Notes: a model not told the origin generated them from the letters alone. DNA of 64,000 nucleotides from an uncultured Holophagales bacterium (GCA_963842525.1 CAWJGT010000025.1:352001-416000); one strand, 5' to 3'; numbered from the stretch's first letter, positions 49,994 to 59,487 are shown. Program-made: numbers and translations.

Positions 49994-51053
49994 TTACGCT
50001 GCTGCCGGCTGGCGGCACAGCTCGTAATCCTCGCCGCTGATCCAGAGCCGGTGCAGCAGCATCGCCAGTTTCCGGGCCACGGCCACCACCGCTCGCTTCT
50101 TGCCGTTTTTGCCTCCACGCCGCGCCAGTTCCAGTCCGAACCTGCGTAGATCGCTGTCCTGGCCGAAAGGACCGAGGATGTAGTGCGCGGCCTGCACCAG
50201 CAGCCAGCGCAACAGCCGGTCGCCCTGCTTGGTGATCGGCAACTGCGGCGTCGAGCTGCCCGAGCTTCGACTTGCTGGCACCAATCCCAGGTAGGCCCCC
50301 ACCGAGCGCGAGCGAGCAAAACGATGCGGATCGTCCAGCGTCAACACGAAGACCAGAGACGTCAGCGCTCCCACTCCCTTGATCTGGCGCAACCGCTGCG
50401 TCACGGCAAAACGCTGCGCCCACGCCTCAATGTCTCGATCAAAGCCCCCGATCCGCTCACTCAGATCAGCGATCACCGCCAACAGCGGCTCCAGAGAAGC
50501 CTTCAGCGTCTGCGGCAAGGCCTGCGACGCACTTCGGGCGAAGCTCTTCGCCGAGCACCCCGGCAGGCGAAAGCCGAACGACTTCACCATCCCGCGGACC
50601 TGGTTGACCAGCATCGTCCGGACCTTGACCAGACCCTCCCGGGCGCGCACCACTGCCAAGGCTTGCTGCGACTCCGGGCTTCGCGCGTGCACCGGACTGA
50701 GCAACTCTGGGTCCACTCGGCCCAACTGCGCCAGGCACCGGGCATCCCGCTCGTCGCTTTTGCGCAGGCTCGATGCGATCGCCCGAACCTTGCTGGGATT
50801 GGCGGTGATCACCTGGTGGCCCAAAGATTCCAACAACCGCCGCACCCAGGGTGTGTGCGTCCCGCTCTCCAGGATGACCAAACACGGGCTTGCCCCTTCA
50901 AAGTAGCGCTGAAAGCTCGCCGAGGTCGTCGACAGACGCTTCTCTTCCAAGATCGCTCCCCGTTTCTCGATCCAGACGACAGATCTGACTCGAACGGTCC
51001 CCAAGGTCTACGCCCACCACCGCCTCCACCTCCACTCTGATAGCATTCTTCAT
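49994..51053 (-). CDS. IS110 DEDD recombinase (one frameshift in a G run ~50960)
   Basis: VGVDLG, ILESG, KSDERDA, IKGVG, AYLGLVP..SSG, ITKQGD, AVVAVARKL. Confidence 0.92.
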
Positions 51054-51262
51054 GGCCACCCTCCTTTCTTGCGCTTTCCAGCGCTTAAATATTCCCAGTT
51101 TGCAGGGCCATTTTAAGGCACTGCGCACCGGGAGGGTGGCCTTCTCATCCCATCTCTACGGTGGCGATACCGGCAGTGGTGGTTTCAGGCACCTTGTTTG
51201 ATGAACGCGGCCCGCACGGTCCAGGACGGCCCGGCGGCGGCGCTGCGTGGGAGACTCCCATC

Positions 51263-51541
51263 ATGCACCGCACGGCCGTTGCCTTTGTTCTCGCTGCTTC
51301 GATCCTGACGTCCCCCAGCCTTTTCGACCCCCTTTGGAACCTGCTTTCCTCGCTCTGGAGCCACTCAACCACGGAGTCAGGGTGCCGCATTGATCCGTTG
51401 GGCCACTGCCTCCCCGGGACCGAGCCGGCGGCGGACACAGGTTGCGGCTGGGATCCCTACGGCCGGTGTCTCCCGGACACGCAGCCGGCGTCGGATTCGG
51501 GTTGCGGTATGGACCCTTGGGGCTGCCCGCAGGGCTCATGA
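51263..51541 (+). CDS. small secreted protein (92 aa) with three GCxxDPxGxC repeats
   Basis: hydrophobic N-terminus, LWNLLSSLW helix, ESGCRIDPLGHC, DTGCGWDPYGRC, DSGCGMDPWGC. Confidence 0.8.
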   Translation: MHRTAVAFVLAASILTSPSLFDPLWNLLSSLWSHSTTESGCRIDPLGHCLPGTEPAADTGCGWDPYGRCLPDTQPASDSGCGMDPWGCPQGS

Positions 51542-52096
51542 GGCCTTGAACCGGAGGCCCTGGTCGTAGCGGGCGCGGAAGAGGAAGCGCAAGACACTGC
51601 GGGCCAGCTCGGCCGTGGCCTGTTCGCGTTCGATCGCCTCGTGGAAGAGCCGCAAGGCGGCCAGGGCCTCCCGATGGACTCCCTTGAATTCAAAGACCTT
51701 GGCCAGCTCCGGTGCGAGCGCCTTGACTTCTTCTTTGCGGCCCTCTTCTAAGAGCAACGCGAGCTCTTCAAGCAACGCCTGGGCGACTTCGAAGGGCAGA
51801 TCGCGCGCAGCAAATTGCCGACGGGCCTTCTCAAGTGCATCCAGGGCCTCACTGGACTGGCCGAGCCCGGCGGCGATGCGCCCTTCGAGCCACGTCACAC
51901 GACTGAGGCTGATTTTGTCGCCCAGCGCAGTGGCAGCCGCCTGGACCTGCTCCAGGAGCTCGGCGGCATCCCGGAATCGACCGACATGGGTGTAGTTGAC
52001 GGCCAGATTGAAGAAGAGCATGTAGAACAGGCGCGGATCGGCGTGGCGCTCGACCATGGGAACGGCTTGCAGGAGGGTTTCGATGGCACGGCCGTA
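51536..52096 (-). pseudogene. 3' half of a TPR regulator gene (5' deleted)
   Basis: YGRAIETLLQAVP..FNLAVNY..WLEGRIAAGLG..VHREALAALRLF..RARYDQGLRF; no N-terminal part. Confidence 0.8.
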
Positions 52097-52320
52097 CGGT
52101 GGTCCACTTGGAGCAGGGGCGCACCGCGAAGGTCAAGCAGCTTGCTGAGGGGATGTGGTGGATCTTCCAGGACCAGCAGGTGCACGAGGAGGCCCTGGCA
52201 GCCCTGAAGCTGTTTTGCGATGCGGCCAGGAAGGAGGAGACCGAAGCCGGGTGGGTGCGGCGCCTCCTTGCCTATCTCTCCCGCGCCCGAGGCAACCCCC
52301 GCCTGCGTTTCGAGCCATGA
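52097..52320 (+). pseudogene. 3' end of a second TPR regulator gene (5' deleted)
   Basis: close paralogue of 54057-54278 (VHL.QGRTA.VKQLAEGMWWI..RARGNPRLRFEP). Confidence 0.85.
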
Positions 52321-52330
52321 AGGGCTTGAG

Positions 52331-52360
52331 AAAAAGCGGGGCGCAGCGATCTGCGCCCCG
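52331..52360. terminator. hairpin between convergent TPR and peptide genes
   Basis: AAAAA-g-cggggcgcag-cgat-ctgcgccccg; second copy at 54293-54322. Confidence 0.75.
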
Positions 52361-52381
52361 GTGGCAGGTTAGCCCGGCGCG

Positions 52382-52657
52382 TCAGCCGATGCAGCGGCCG
52401 TCCGGGTCGAGGATGCAGCCGTTGTCGCCCGTGAGCGAGCTGGTGCCCGGGTCCGGCAGGCAGCGGCCGTTCGGGTCGATGACGCACCCGTGCTCGGCCC
52501 AGATGTGCTCGAGGAGGCCCCAGACCTGCCCCAGGAAATCCCAGGGGGTCCGGGCGCCCTCCGCAGGCGCGCGGCCGGCAGCCCTGGCGGCCGGCGCCGC
52601 GAGCACCACGACGAGAACGAACACGAAGACGACTCTCCACAGCGAGGAACGAGACAT
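52382..52657 (-). CDS. small secreted protein (91 aa) with two GCxxDPxGRC repeats
   Basis: AGGAG SD; signal peptide ending AARA; VWGLLEHIW helix; EHGCVIDPNGRC, DNGCILDPDGRCIG. Confidence 0.82.
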   Translation of the reverse strand: MSRSSLWRVVFVFVLVVVLAAPAARAAGRAPAEGARTPWDFLGQVWGLLEHIWAEHGCVIDPNGRCLPDPGTSSLTGDNGCILDPDGRCIG

Positions 52658-52799
52658 GTCCGACTCCTGTGCGGAGCACGCGCCGGAACGGCCCCCATGG
52701 CCGGCCTGGGCGTCTCCGCGCCATAGGTTGCCAGGAGTCGGACCCGAAACTAAACCCGAGAAGCCAAACACGTTGGCTCTCCACGAGGAGGAGCTGGAC

Positions 52800-54278
52800 A
52801 TGGCACAGTGGGCAGATCCCCAAGACCTCAGGCTGGTCATCATCCTGCTGCGCGAGCTCAAGGACTGGGACCAGTCGGATCTCGTCCGCGGGACCGGCAT
52901 CGACCCGTCCTCGCTCTCCAGGTACGAGGCAGCCAAAAAGACGCCCTCCCCGAAGACGCTGGCGCGGGTCGCCGCGGCCGTAGATGTGCCGTACGCCTTC
53001 GCCGAGGAGCTGATCCCCTTGTGTCGCGGCCTCCGGCTCGCCTACGAGCGCGTCGTCGCCCGCGGGGCCTTCGCAGAGGCGGATCCCGAAGCCGCCGCGG
53101 AGCTGGATCGGCGCGTCACCGAGGCCGCCCTCCGGGCGGCAGCCCCGCTGCTGCTGGAGCTGGGGGCCCTGGGGCATGGTGGACCCCGCGCCGAAGACCG
53201 CGACTGGGCAGTGGCCCAATGGGAAAGGATGAAGGACCTTCCGCTCCGAGAGCAGGAGATGATCATCGACACGTTGGACAGCGAGCGGATCTGGGCGCTG
53301 GCGGAACGGCTCAGCCAGGAAAGCATCGCCGCGGCGGCGGACCGGGCCGACCAGTGCCTGGAGCTGGCGCAGCTCGGCCTGCATGCCGCCCGGCGCATCC
53401 CGGAAGGGAGCTGGCGTTCGCTCAACGAAGGGCACGCCATGGCCTTGCTCGCCAACGCCCGCAGGGTCGGAGGCAGCCTGCCCGCCGCCCGCGAGGCGTT
53501 CGGAACCTCCGACCGTCTGGCCTGATCGAGGAGGTTCAAAGCCTCGTCGAACTTGTCATCGTCCATGAGCAGAGAAGCCTTGAGGTCCAGCCGCCGGGAG
53601 GCGTCGAGCAGGCCGGCGGGGTCGCCGCCTTCGCCGGCTTCCCATGCAGAAAGCCGGTCCGAGGCAGCCCGGGCACGCCTGCTGGTGTGCCAGTCCACGG
53701 CTTTCGTACTCCTGGGTGACGCCGAGCGTGTGGTCGAGGTCCTGGAACGTGCGGCCCCCCTGATCGACGAAAAGCGCGAGCCGCGGCAGGCCTTCGCGCA
53801 GCGCTTCAACCTCGCCGCGGGGTTCTGTGACCTGCAGCGCTACGGCGAAGCGGAGAACCTCCTGCACCGGATCCGCGAAATGGCCGTCGAGCTGGGCAAC
53901 GAGCTGGACATCACCAGGACCCTCTGGTTGGACGCGAAAATCAAGGCCGGGTTCGGGGACCTGACGGCAGCGTGCGCGGCCTTCGAGCAGGTGCGCCGGG
54001 CCCTGGAGGAGCAGAAGATCGCCTCTGACTACGCCGTGGCGAGCCTGGACCTGGCAGCGGTCCACCTGGACCAGGGGCGCACCGCGGAGGTCAAGCAGCT
54101 CGCCGAGGGGATGTGGTGGATCCTCCAGAGCCAGAAGGTGCACAAGCAGGCCCTGGCGGCCCTGAAGCTGTTTTGCGACGCGGCGAAGAAGGAGGAGGCC
54201 GATGCCGGGTGGGTGCGGCGCCTCAGTGCCTATCTCACCCGCGCCCGGGGCAATCCCCGTTTGCGCTTCGAGCCGTGA
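52800..54278 (+). pseudogene. XRE-HTH + TPR regulator (492 aa if repaired), interrupted by an internal inversion at ~53516-53654
   Basis: HTH LRELKDWDQSDLVRGTGIDPSSLSRYE; premature TGA at 53523; the missing TPR segment WEAG..RRLDLKASLL..FDEALNLLDQA is on the minus strand. Confidence 0.85.
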
Positions 54279-54340
54279 GGGGGTGGCGAAAACATCGGGG
54301 CGCAGCGATCTGCGCCCCGATGCCGGTTCAGCCCGGCACG

Positions 54341-54366
54341 TCAGCCGATGCAGCGGCCGTCCGGGT
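54341..54366 (-). pseudogene. 3' remnant of another DPxG peptide gene (..PDGRCIG*)
   Basis: 26-nt exact match to 52382-52407, in the same position relative to the TPR end and hairpin. Confidence 0.75.
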
Positions 54367-54378
54367 ACTACACGGGCG

Positions 54379-54441
54379 CCCCTCACTCCTGGCCCCTCTC
54401 CCACCCGCACTCACGCCCGCCCGGCAGAGGGGGAGGGAACG
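54379..54441. repeat. REP-like unit overlapping the metallophosphoesterase stop
   Basis: cccctcactcctggcccctctcccacccgcactcac.. similar to the 21390 copy. Confidence 0.7.
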
Positions 54442-55199
54442 TTGCTCGGTCCGCCGCCGTCGACCGCCACCTCGAAGATCCTGACCGGCGGGCCGTCCGG
54501 AAAGAGCTGTCGCAGGAGCTGGATGCTGACGTTGTAGACCGGCACGCCGGCCGCGGTCTTCCCCTCGGGCTGGCCGCGGTGGGCGTGGCCGTGGAAGACG
54601 ACGTCCACGGGGTAGCGGTGGAGCGGCTCCTCCAGCCGGCTCGAGCCGAGGAAGGGATAGATCTCCGCCGGCTCCCCCTCGACCGTCGCCTCGATCGGCG
54701 AATAGTGGAGGACGACCACCCGCGGCCGGTGGCGCAGGCGGGCGAGCGCCGACTCCAGCTTCAAGGCCTCGTCCACCGCCTCGCGGACGAAGGCCTTGAT
54801 GATGTCCTCCCCCCAAGGCCCCAGGGCGCGCTTGCCGAACCCGCCGCAGAACCCCTTGATGCCGGCGAAGCCGACTCCCTCGATCTCGCAGGCGTCGCCG
54901 TCGAGGATCTGGATGCCGCTCTCCCGTAGGAGCTCCTTGACCTCGTCCTGCTTCCCGCTTTCGAAGTCGTGATTGCCCAGCACCGCGATCACCGGCACGC
55001 CCACGGCCGAGTGGACCTCCCGGGCGAGCCCCTGGGCCTCCTCGGGCAGGCCGTGATCGGTCAGGTCGCCGCAGAGCAGCAGCACGTCGCACTCGCGGCC
55101 GGCCCGGCTCAGCTCCTCCCGCAGGCTCGGCTCCGGAAACCTGGCGTAGTGAAGGTCCCCCATCGCGCCGATGCGGACCACTCCTTTTTTTCTGGCCAT
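54411..55199 (-). CDS. metallophosphoesterase (calcineurin-like)
   Basis: GDLH, CGDLTD, LGNHD, LHYSP, FHGHAH. Confidence 0.92.
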   Translation of the reverse strand: MARKKGVVRIGAMGDLHYARFPEPSLREELSRAGRECDVLLLCGDLTDHGLPEEAQGLAREVHSAVGVPVIAVLGNHDFESGKQDEVKELLRESGIQILDGDACEIEGVGFAGIKGFCGGFGKRALGPWGEDIIKAFVREAVDEALKLESALARLRHRPRVVVLHYSPIEATVEGEPAEIYPFLGSSRLEEPLHRYPVDVVFHGHAHRGQPEGKTAAGVPVYNVSIQLLRQLFPDGPPVRIFEVAVDGGGPSNVPSPSAGRA

Positions 55200-55310
55200 T
55201 CGATGTCTCCCCTCGCGTTCTCTCAATCGTTCCCGAGCCGGGGCAAGACCCATGCCAGAGGAGGGAGGCCTGGTATGCGTCTTGCTCTTCGCCTTGCCAT
55301 GAACCTTGCC

Positions 55311-56150
55311 ATGACTGAGACCCTGGCCGCACCCCACGCCGATCTGGCTCCGGAGACACTCGACTTCTATCGCAAGGCGATGACCACGCTGCAGGAGGCG
55401 GACGTCCCCTTCCTGGTTGGCGGCGCCTACGCCTTTGCCCATTACACAGGAATCGTCCGGCACACCAAGGACTTCGACATCTTCGTGCGGCCGGAGGGCT
55501 TCGAACGCGCCATCGCGGCCCTCGGCCGGGCGGGCTACGAGACCCAGCGCAACTTTCCCCACTGGCTGGGCAAGGCCCTTCAGGGAGATGACTTCGTCGA
55601 CCTGATCTTCAGCTCGGGCAACGGCGTCGCCCGTGTCGATGAGCTCTGGTTCCAGCACGCGGTGTCCCAGGAGGTGCTGGGGATCCCGACCCAGCTCGTC
55701 CCGGCCGAGGAGATGATCTGGTCGAAGGCCTTCATCATGGAGCGCGAGCGCTTCGACGGCGCCGACGTGGCCCATGTGCTCCAGGCCCGCGCCGAGCACC
55801 TCGACTGGCCGCGGCTCCTCGGCCGCTTCGGCGAGAACTGGCCCGTGCTGCTCAGCCACCTGCTCCTGTTCGGCTACATCTATCCCGACGACGCCGGGAG
55901 GCTCCCGGACTGGGTCATGGACGACCTGCTCGACCGGGCGCGGAGGGAGCGCAAGCGCCCCGCGGTGCAGCGGCACCTCTGCCGCGGAACGATCCTCTCC
56001 CGGGGCCAGTACCTTTCGGACGTCGAGGAGCGGGGCTATACCGACGCGCGGCTCGAGCCGGTCGGCGCCATGAGCTCCGAGGAGATCGGGATCTGGACCG
56101 AGGCGGCCCGCGAGGAGGCGGAAAAACAGCTCCAGAAGGACAAGGATTAG
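55311..56150 (+). CDS. nucleotidyltransferase family protein
   Basis: FLVGGAYAF..YTG..RHTKDFDIF; divergent from the phosphoesterase. Confidence 0.85.
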   Translation: MTETLAAPHADLAPETLDFYRKAMTTLQEADVPFLVGGAYAFAHYTGIVRHTKDFDIFVRPEGFERAIAALGRAGYETQRNFPHWLGKALQGDDFVDLIFSSGNGVARVDELWFQHAVSQEVLGIPTQLVPAEEMIWSKAFIMERERFDGADVAHVLQARAEHLDWPRLLGRFGENWPVLLSHLLLFGYIYPDDAGRLPDWVMDDLLDRARRERKRPAVQRHLCRGTILSRGQYLSDVEERGYTDARLEPVGAMSSEEIGIWTEAAREEAEKQLQKDKD

Positions 56151-56797
56151 CCGCGCAGCCAGTCCACCCGGTCGGTGATCACCCCGTCGAGGCCGAGCTC
56201 GACGCACCGGCGGTGCTCGGCCGGTGTGTGCGCGCCGTAGACCCAGGTCCGGATGCCCGTTGCCGCCGCGCGGGCTGCGAGGTCGGGATCGAGGACCTCG
56301 TAATCCCAGACCGCTGTGCGGATCCGCCCGTCGGTGGTGAAGAGCGCGAAGAAGGCTTCGTCGTCGACCGGCCGGCTGGCCAGGAGGAGGGCGCCCTCGA
56401 ACCCCCGTTGGGCGCAGGCCGCGACCAGCGGATGCCAGAAGGAGGAGACCAGGAGGCGCCGGCCGGACGGCAGGGCGTTCAGGACCTCCAGGGTTGCGCC
56501 GAGAGCGGCCGGCGTCTTGACCTCGACGTTCCAGAGGATGTCCTCCCAGCGCGTGAGGACCTGGGGAAGGGTGGGGACGGGATAGCCGGCGGCGGCGCTC
56601 AGCTCGGCGGCGGTGAGCGCGGCCACCTCGCGGCCATCGGGTGCCACCCGGTCGTGGAAGAGGACGGGGAGGCCGTCGCGCGACAGCCGCACGTCGGTCT
56701 CGATGCCGTCGGCCCCCAGCGCCACCGCGCGCGCGAACGCCTCCAGGGTGTTCTCCGGCGCCTCCAGGTGGAACCCCCGGTGGCTCAACACCAGCAT
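56147..56797 (-). CDS. glycerophosphodiester phosphodiesterase
   Basis: SHRG..PENT, GIETDV..SRDG.PVLFHD, NVEVK, LDGVITD. Confidence 0.92.
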   Translation of the reverse strand: MLVLSHRGFHLEAPENTLEAFARAVALGADGIETDVRLSRDGLPVLFHDRVAPDGREVAALTAAELSAAAGYPVPTLPQVLTRWEDILWNVEVKTPAALGATLEVLNALPSGRRLLVSSFWHPLVAACAQRGFEGALLLASRPVDDEAFFALFTTDGRIRTAVWDYEVLDPDLAARAAATGIRTWVYGAHTPAEHRRCVELGLDGVITDRVDWLRG

Positions 56798-56799
56798 GG

Positions 56800-58134
56800 C
56801 TAGGGCCAGATGCCGCGCGCCAGGGCCACCTCGGCGACGCGCTGGATCGCCAGGGCATAGGCAGCGGTGCGCAGGCCGATCTCTCCCGCCTCCACCGGAT
56901 GCTCCTCGCACAGGCGCTTCCAGGTGTCGATCACCGCGTCCGTGGCCCGTTCCATCCTGGTGTGCAGCTTGGCATTGACCGCCTCCATCCCCCACTGCTC
57001 GTTCTCGATGTTCTGCACCCACTCGAAATAGCTGACCGTGACGCCTCCCGAGTTGGCGAGGATGTCGGGGACTACCGGGATGCCGCGCGCCAGCAGGATG
57101 CGGTCCGCCTCCGGCGTGGTCGGGCCGTTGGCCGCCTCGACCACCAGCCGGGTACGCACGGCGTCCGCGTTGTCGGCCCGGATCTGGTTCTCCAGCGCCG
57201 CCGGGATCAGGATGTCGCAGGGGAGGGTCAGCAGCCGTTCTTGGTCGACCGCCTCGGACCCCTCGAAGCCGGCCACCGAGCCGGTCTGCTCCTTGTGGCG
57301 GATCACGGCCTGTGGATCGAGCCCGTCCTGCCGCAGGATGCCGCCGCGGGTGTCGCTGACCGCGATCACGCGCGCCCCGGCGGCGGTGAACAGCTCGGCC
57401 GCGATCGCGCCGGCGTTGCCGAAGCCCTGGATCACCACCGTGGCCCCGTCGATCGACTGCAGCCCCGGCACGGCACCGCGCTCCAGGACGCGGCGGGTGA
57501 CGAAGAGGGCGCCCTGCGCAGTGGCCTCCCGCCGGCCGAGCGAGCCGCCGACGCCCAGCGGCTTGCCGGTCACCACCGGCAGGTTGTTCTTGCCCGGGTG
57601 CATCATCTGGTACGTGTCGTAGATCCAGGCCATGGTGCCGGCGTGGGTGTTGACGTCGGGAGCGGGGACGTCCGTGTGCGGGCCGATGTTGTCCCCCAGG
57701 GCGGCGATGAAGCGGCGGGTGAGCTTGCGCAGCGCGGCGTCGCCGAGCTTCTTGGGGTCGCAGATCACGCCCCCCTTGGCGCCGCCGAACGGGATGTCCG
57801 CCACCGCGCACTTCCAGGTCATCCAGGAGGCGAGCGCCCGCACCTCGTCCTCGCTCACGTCCGGGTGATACCGGATCCCTCCCTTGCCCGGCCCGCGCAC
57901 CGAGCTGTGCAGCACCCGGTAGCCGGTGAAGGTCTGCACCGTCCCATCCTCCATCTCGACCGGGAAGCAGACCGAGATGACGCGGTTCGGCGTCTTCAGG
58001 AAGGCGGCGAGCCCGTTCCGCAGATCGGGGACGAAGCGGACGGCCTGGTTGAACTGGCGCTGCGCGATGCGGAAGGGGTTGAGGTCTTCAGCGGCCTGCG
58101 AGGATACGGCGGGACTCGTCTCGAGCTGTGCCAT
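56800..58134 (-). CDS. gdhA: Glu/Leu/Phe/Val dehydrogenase (glutamate dehydrogenase)
   Basis: GPGKGGIRYHP, MTWKCA, GGAKGG, VPAPDV, VTGKP, QGFGNAG, EAANGP, GVTVSYFEW. Confidence 0.92.
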   Translation of the reverse strand: MAQLETSPAVSSQAAEDLNPFRIAQRQFNQAVRFVPDLRNGLAAFLKTPNRVISVCFPVEMEDGTVQTFTGYRVLHSSVRGPGKGGIRYHPDVSEDEVRALASWMTWKCAVADIPFGGAKGGVICDPKKLGDAALRKLTRRFIAALGDNIGPHTDVPAPDVNTHAGTMAWIYDTYQMMHPGKNNLPVVTGKPLGVGGSLGRREATAQGALFVTRRVLERGAVPGLQSIDGATVVIQGFGNAGAIAAELFTAAGARVIAVSDTRGGILRQDGLDPQAVIRHKEQTGSVAGFEGSEAVDQERLLTLPCDILIPAALENQIRADNADAVRTRLVVEAANGPTTPEADRILLARGIPVVPDILANSGGVTVSYFEWVQNIENEQWGMEAVNAKLHTRMERATDAVIDTWKRLCEEHPVEAGEIGLRTAAYALAIQRVAEVALARGIWP

Positions 58135-58199
58135 GGTCTCCTCTGGAAAAGAAAATCTGGCGCATGGTAGCTCAATCAGGGCTCATGCAGAAGATGACC

Positions 58200-58643
58200 T
58201 CACCCCGGCTCCCAGCCCGCCGGCGCCAGCTCGAAGGCGGCGAACTCGAAACCGGGCGCGACCGTGCAGCCGACCAGGACCCAGCCGCCTACCGGCCGCG
58301 CCGCCTGCCAGACCCCGGCGGGCACGACCGCCTGCGGACGCTCCCCGGCCGCGAGGTCCTTCCCCAGCCGCACCGTCTCGCGCCGCCGCCCGTCCGGCGA
58401 CAGGGTCAGCTCCAGCGGCGAGCCCGCGTAGTGATGCCAGACCTCGGCCGCGTCGCGCACCCGGTGCCAGGCCGAGACGTCCCCGGCGCGCAGCAGGTAG
58501 TAGATGGCGGTCGAGGCGCCCCGGCCGCCGCCTTCGGCCGGAGCGTCCCGGAATGTCTCGCGGTAGAAGCCGCCCTCCGGATGAGGCCGAAGGCCCAGCA
58601 GGCGCACGACCTCATCGGGCTCATCGGGCTCGCCGGGGCTCAC
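58200..58643 (-). CDS. cupin superfamily protein (DUF985 / Cupin_5)
   Basis: PHPEGGFYRETFR, STAIYYLL, EVWHHYAG, GCTVAPGFEF. Confidence 0.92.
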   Translation of the reverse strand: MSPGEPDEPDEVVRLLGLRPHPEGGFYRETFRDAPAEGGGRGASTAIYYLLRAGDVSAWHRVRDAAEVWHHYAGSPLELTLSPDGRRRETVRLGKDLAAGERPQAVVPAGVWQAARPVGGWVLVGCTVAPGFEFAAFELAPAGWEPG

Positions 58644-59386
58644 TCGGGCGCGATCTCCCAGCGGATCGTGACGCTGGCGCTCACCCCCACCTGGCCGCTG
58701 GAGACCGGCGTGTTGGCCATGGCGAGGTCCGCCTCGAAGCGCCCCTTGAGGAACGGCGGCGGCTGTACCGCGATGCCGCCCTCGGCGACCTCCACGACCC
58801 GGACCAGCTTCACTCGCAGTGCCCGCGCCAGGGTATTCGCCTTGATGGTGGCCGCCTCGACGGCGCGGGTCAGGGCTTCGGCCTGGGCCTTCTCGTCGTT
58901 GCGCAGCCCGAAGGACACCCCGTCCAGGCGGTTGGCCCCGGCGCCGAGCCCGGCGTCGATCACCGGCCCGACCTGGTCGAGCTTGTCGAGGCGCACGGCC
59001 ACGACGTTGGAGGCCTGATAGCCGACGATGCGCGGCTCCTGTGGCTCCTGTGGCTCCCCGGTGGGCCGGCCCTGGGAATAGACGGGGCTCAGGGTCAGCT
59101 CCTGGGTCTGGATCTGGTCCGCCGGCACCCCGACGCTGCGGACCGCCGCCAGGATGGCGTTGGCTATCCGATTCACCTGATCCTGCGCGGCTTTGGCCGT
59201 GGGTGCCTGGGCGAACACCCCCAGGCGGACGATCGCCTCATCCGGCGCGACCCGTGCTTCCCCGGTGCCCGCGACGGTCAGGACAGGGATCACCTGGGCC
59301 TGTGGTCCGGTCGTGGCCGTCTGTGCGAGTGCGGGCAGGGCGACGAGCCACCCTGCGATGATGATTCCGCTGATGTTTCTTTTCAT
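58640..59386 (-). CDS. SIMPL (DUF541) domain periplasmic protein
   Basis: LTVAGTGEARVAPD, IQT..L.L.P.Y, GYQASN, GAN...GVSF. Confidence 0.9.
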   Translation of the reverse strand: MKRNISGIIIAGWLVALPALAQTATTGPQAQVIPVLTVAGTGEARVAPDEAIVRLGVFAQAPTAKAAQDQVNRIANAILAAVRSVGVPADQIQTQELTLSPVYSQGRPTGEPQEPQEPRIVGYQASNVVAVRLDKLDQVGPVIDAGLGAGANRLDGVSFGLRNDEKAQAEALTRAVEAATIKANTLARALRVKLVRVVEVAEGGIAVQPPPFLKGRFEADLAMANTPVSSGQVGVSASVTIRWEIAPE

Positions 59387-59487
59387 CCGCTCCTCCTTCC
59401 GGGAGGAGTATACGGAGAAGGACGCGGAGGAGGTGAAAAGGGGGTCAAGAGGTGCGGCCCGGTACCGCCGGGCCGCACCAGGGAGGA

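Larger units (their letters stand above)
49717..51154 (-). mobile_element. IS110 family, IS1111-type element
   Basis: 11-bp sub-terminal IRs ATGAGAAGGCC (49720-49730, 51138-51148), TC core at both ends, long 3' non-coding region. Confidence 0.88.

Noticed and set aside
51186-51201. sigma54 promoter upstream of the DPxG peptide gene (AGGCAC-N5-TTGAT)
   Set aside because: The -12 GC is absent, and I found no equivalent upstream of the other two peptide genes.
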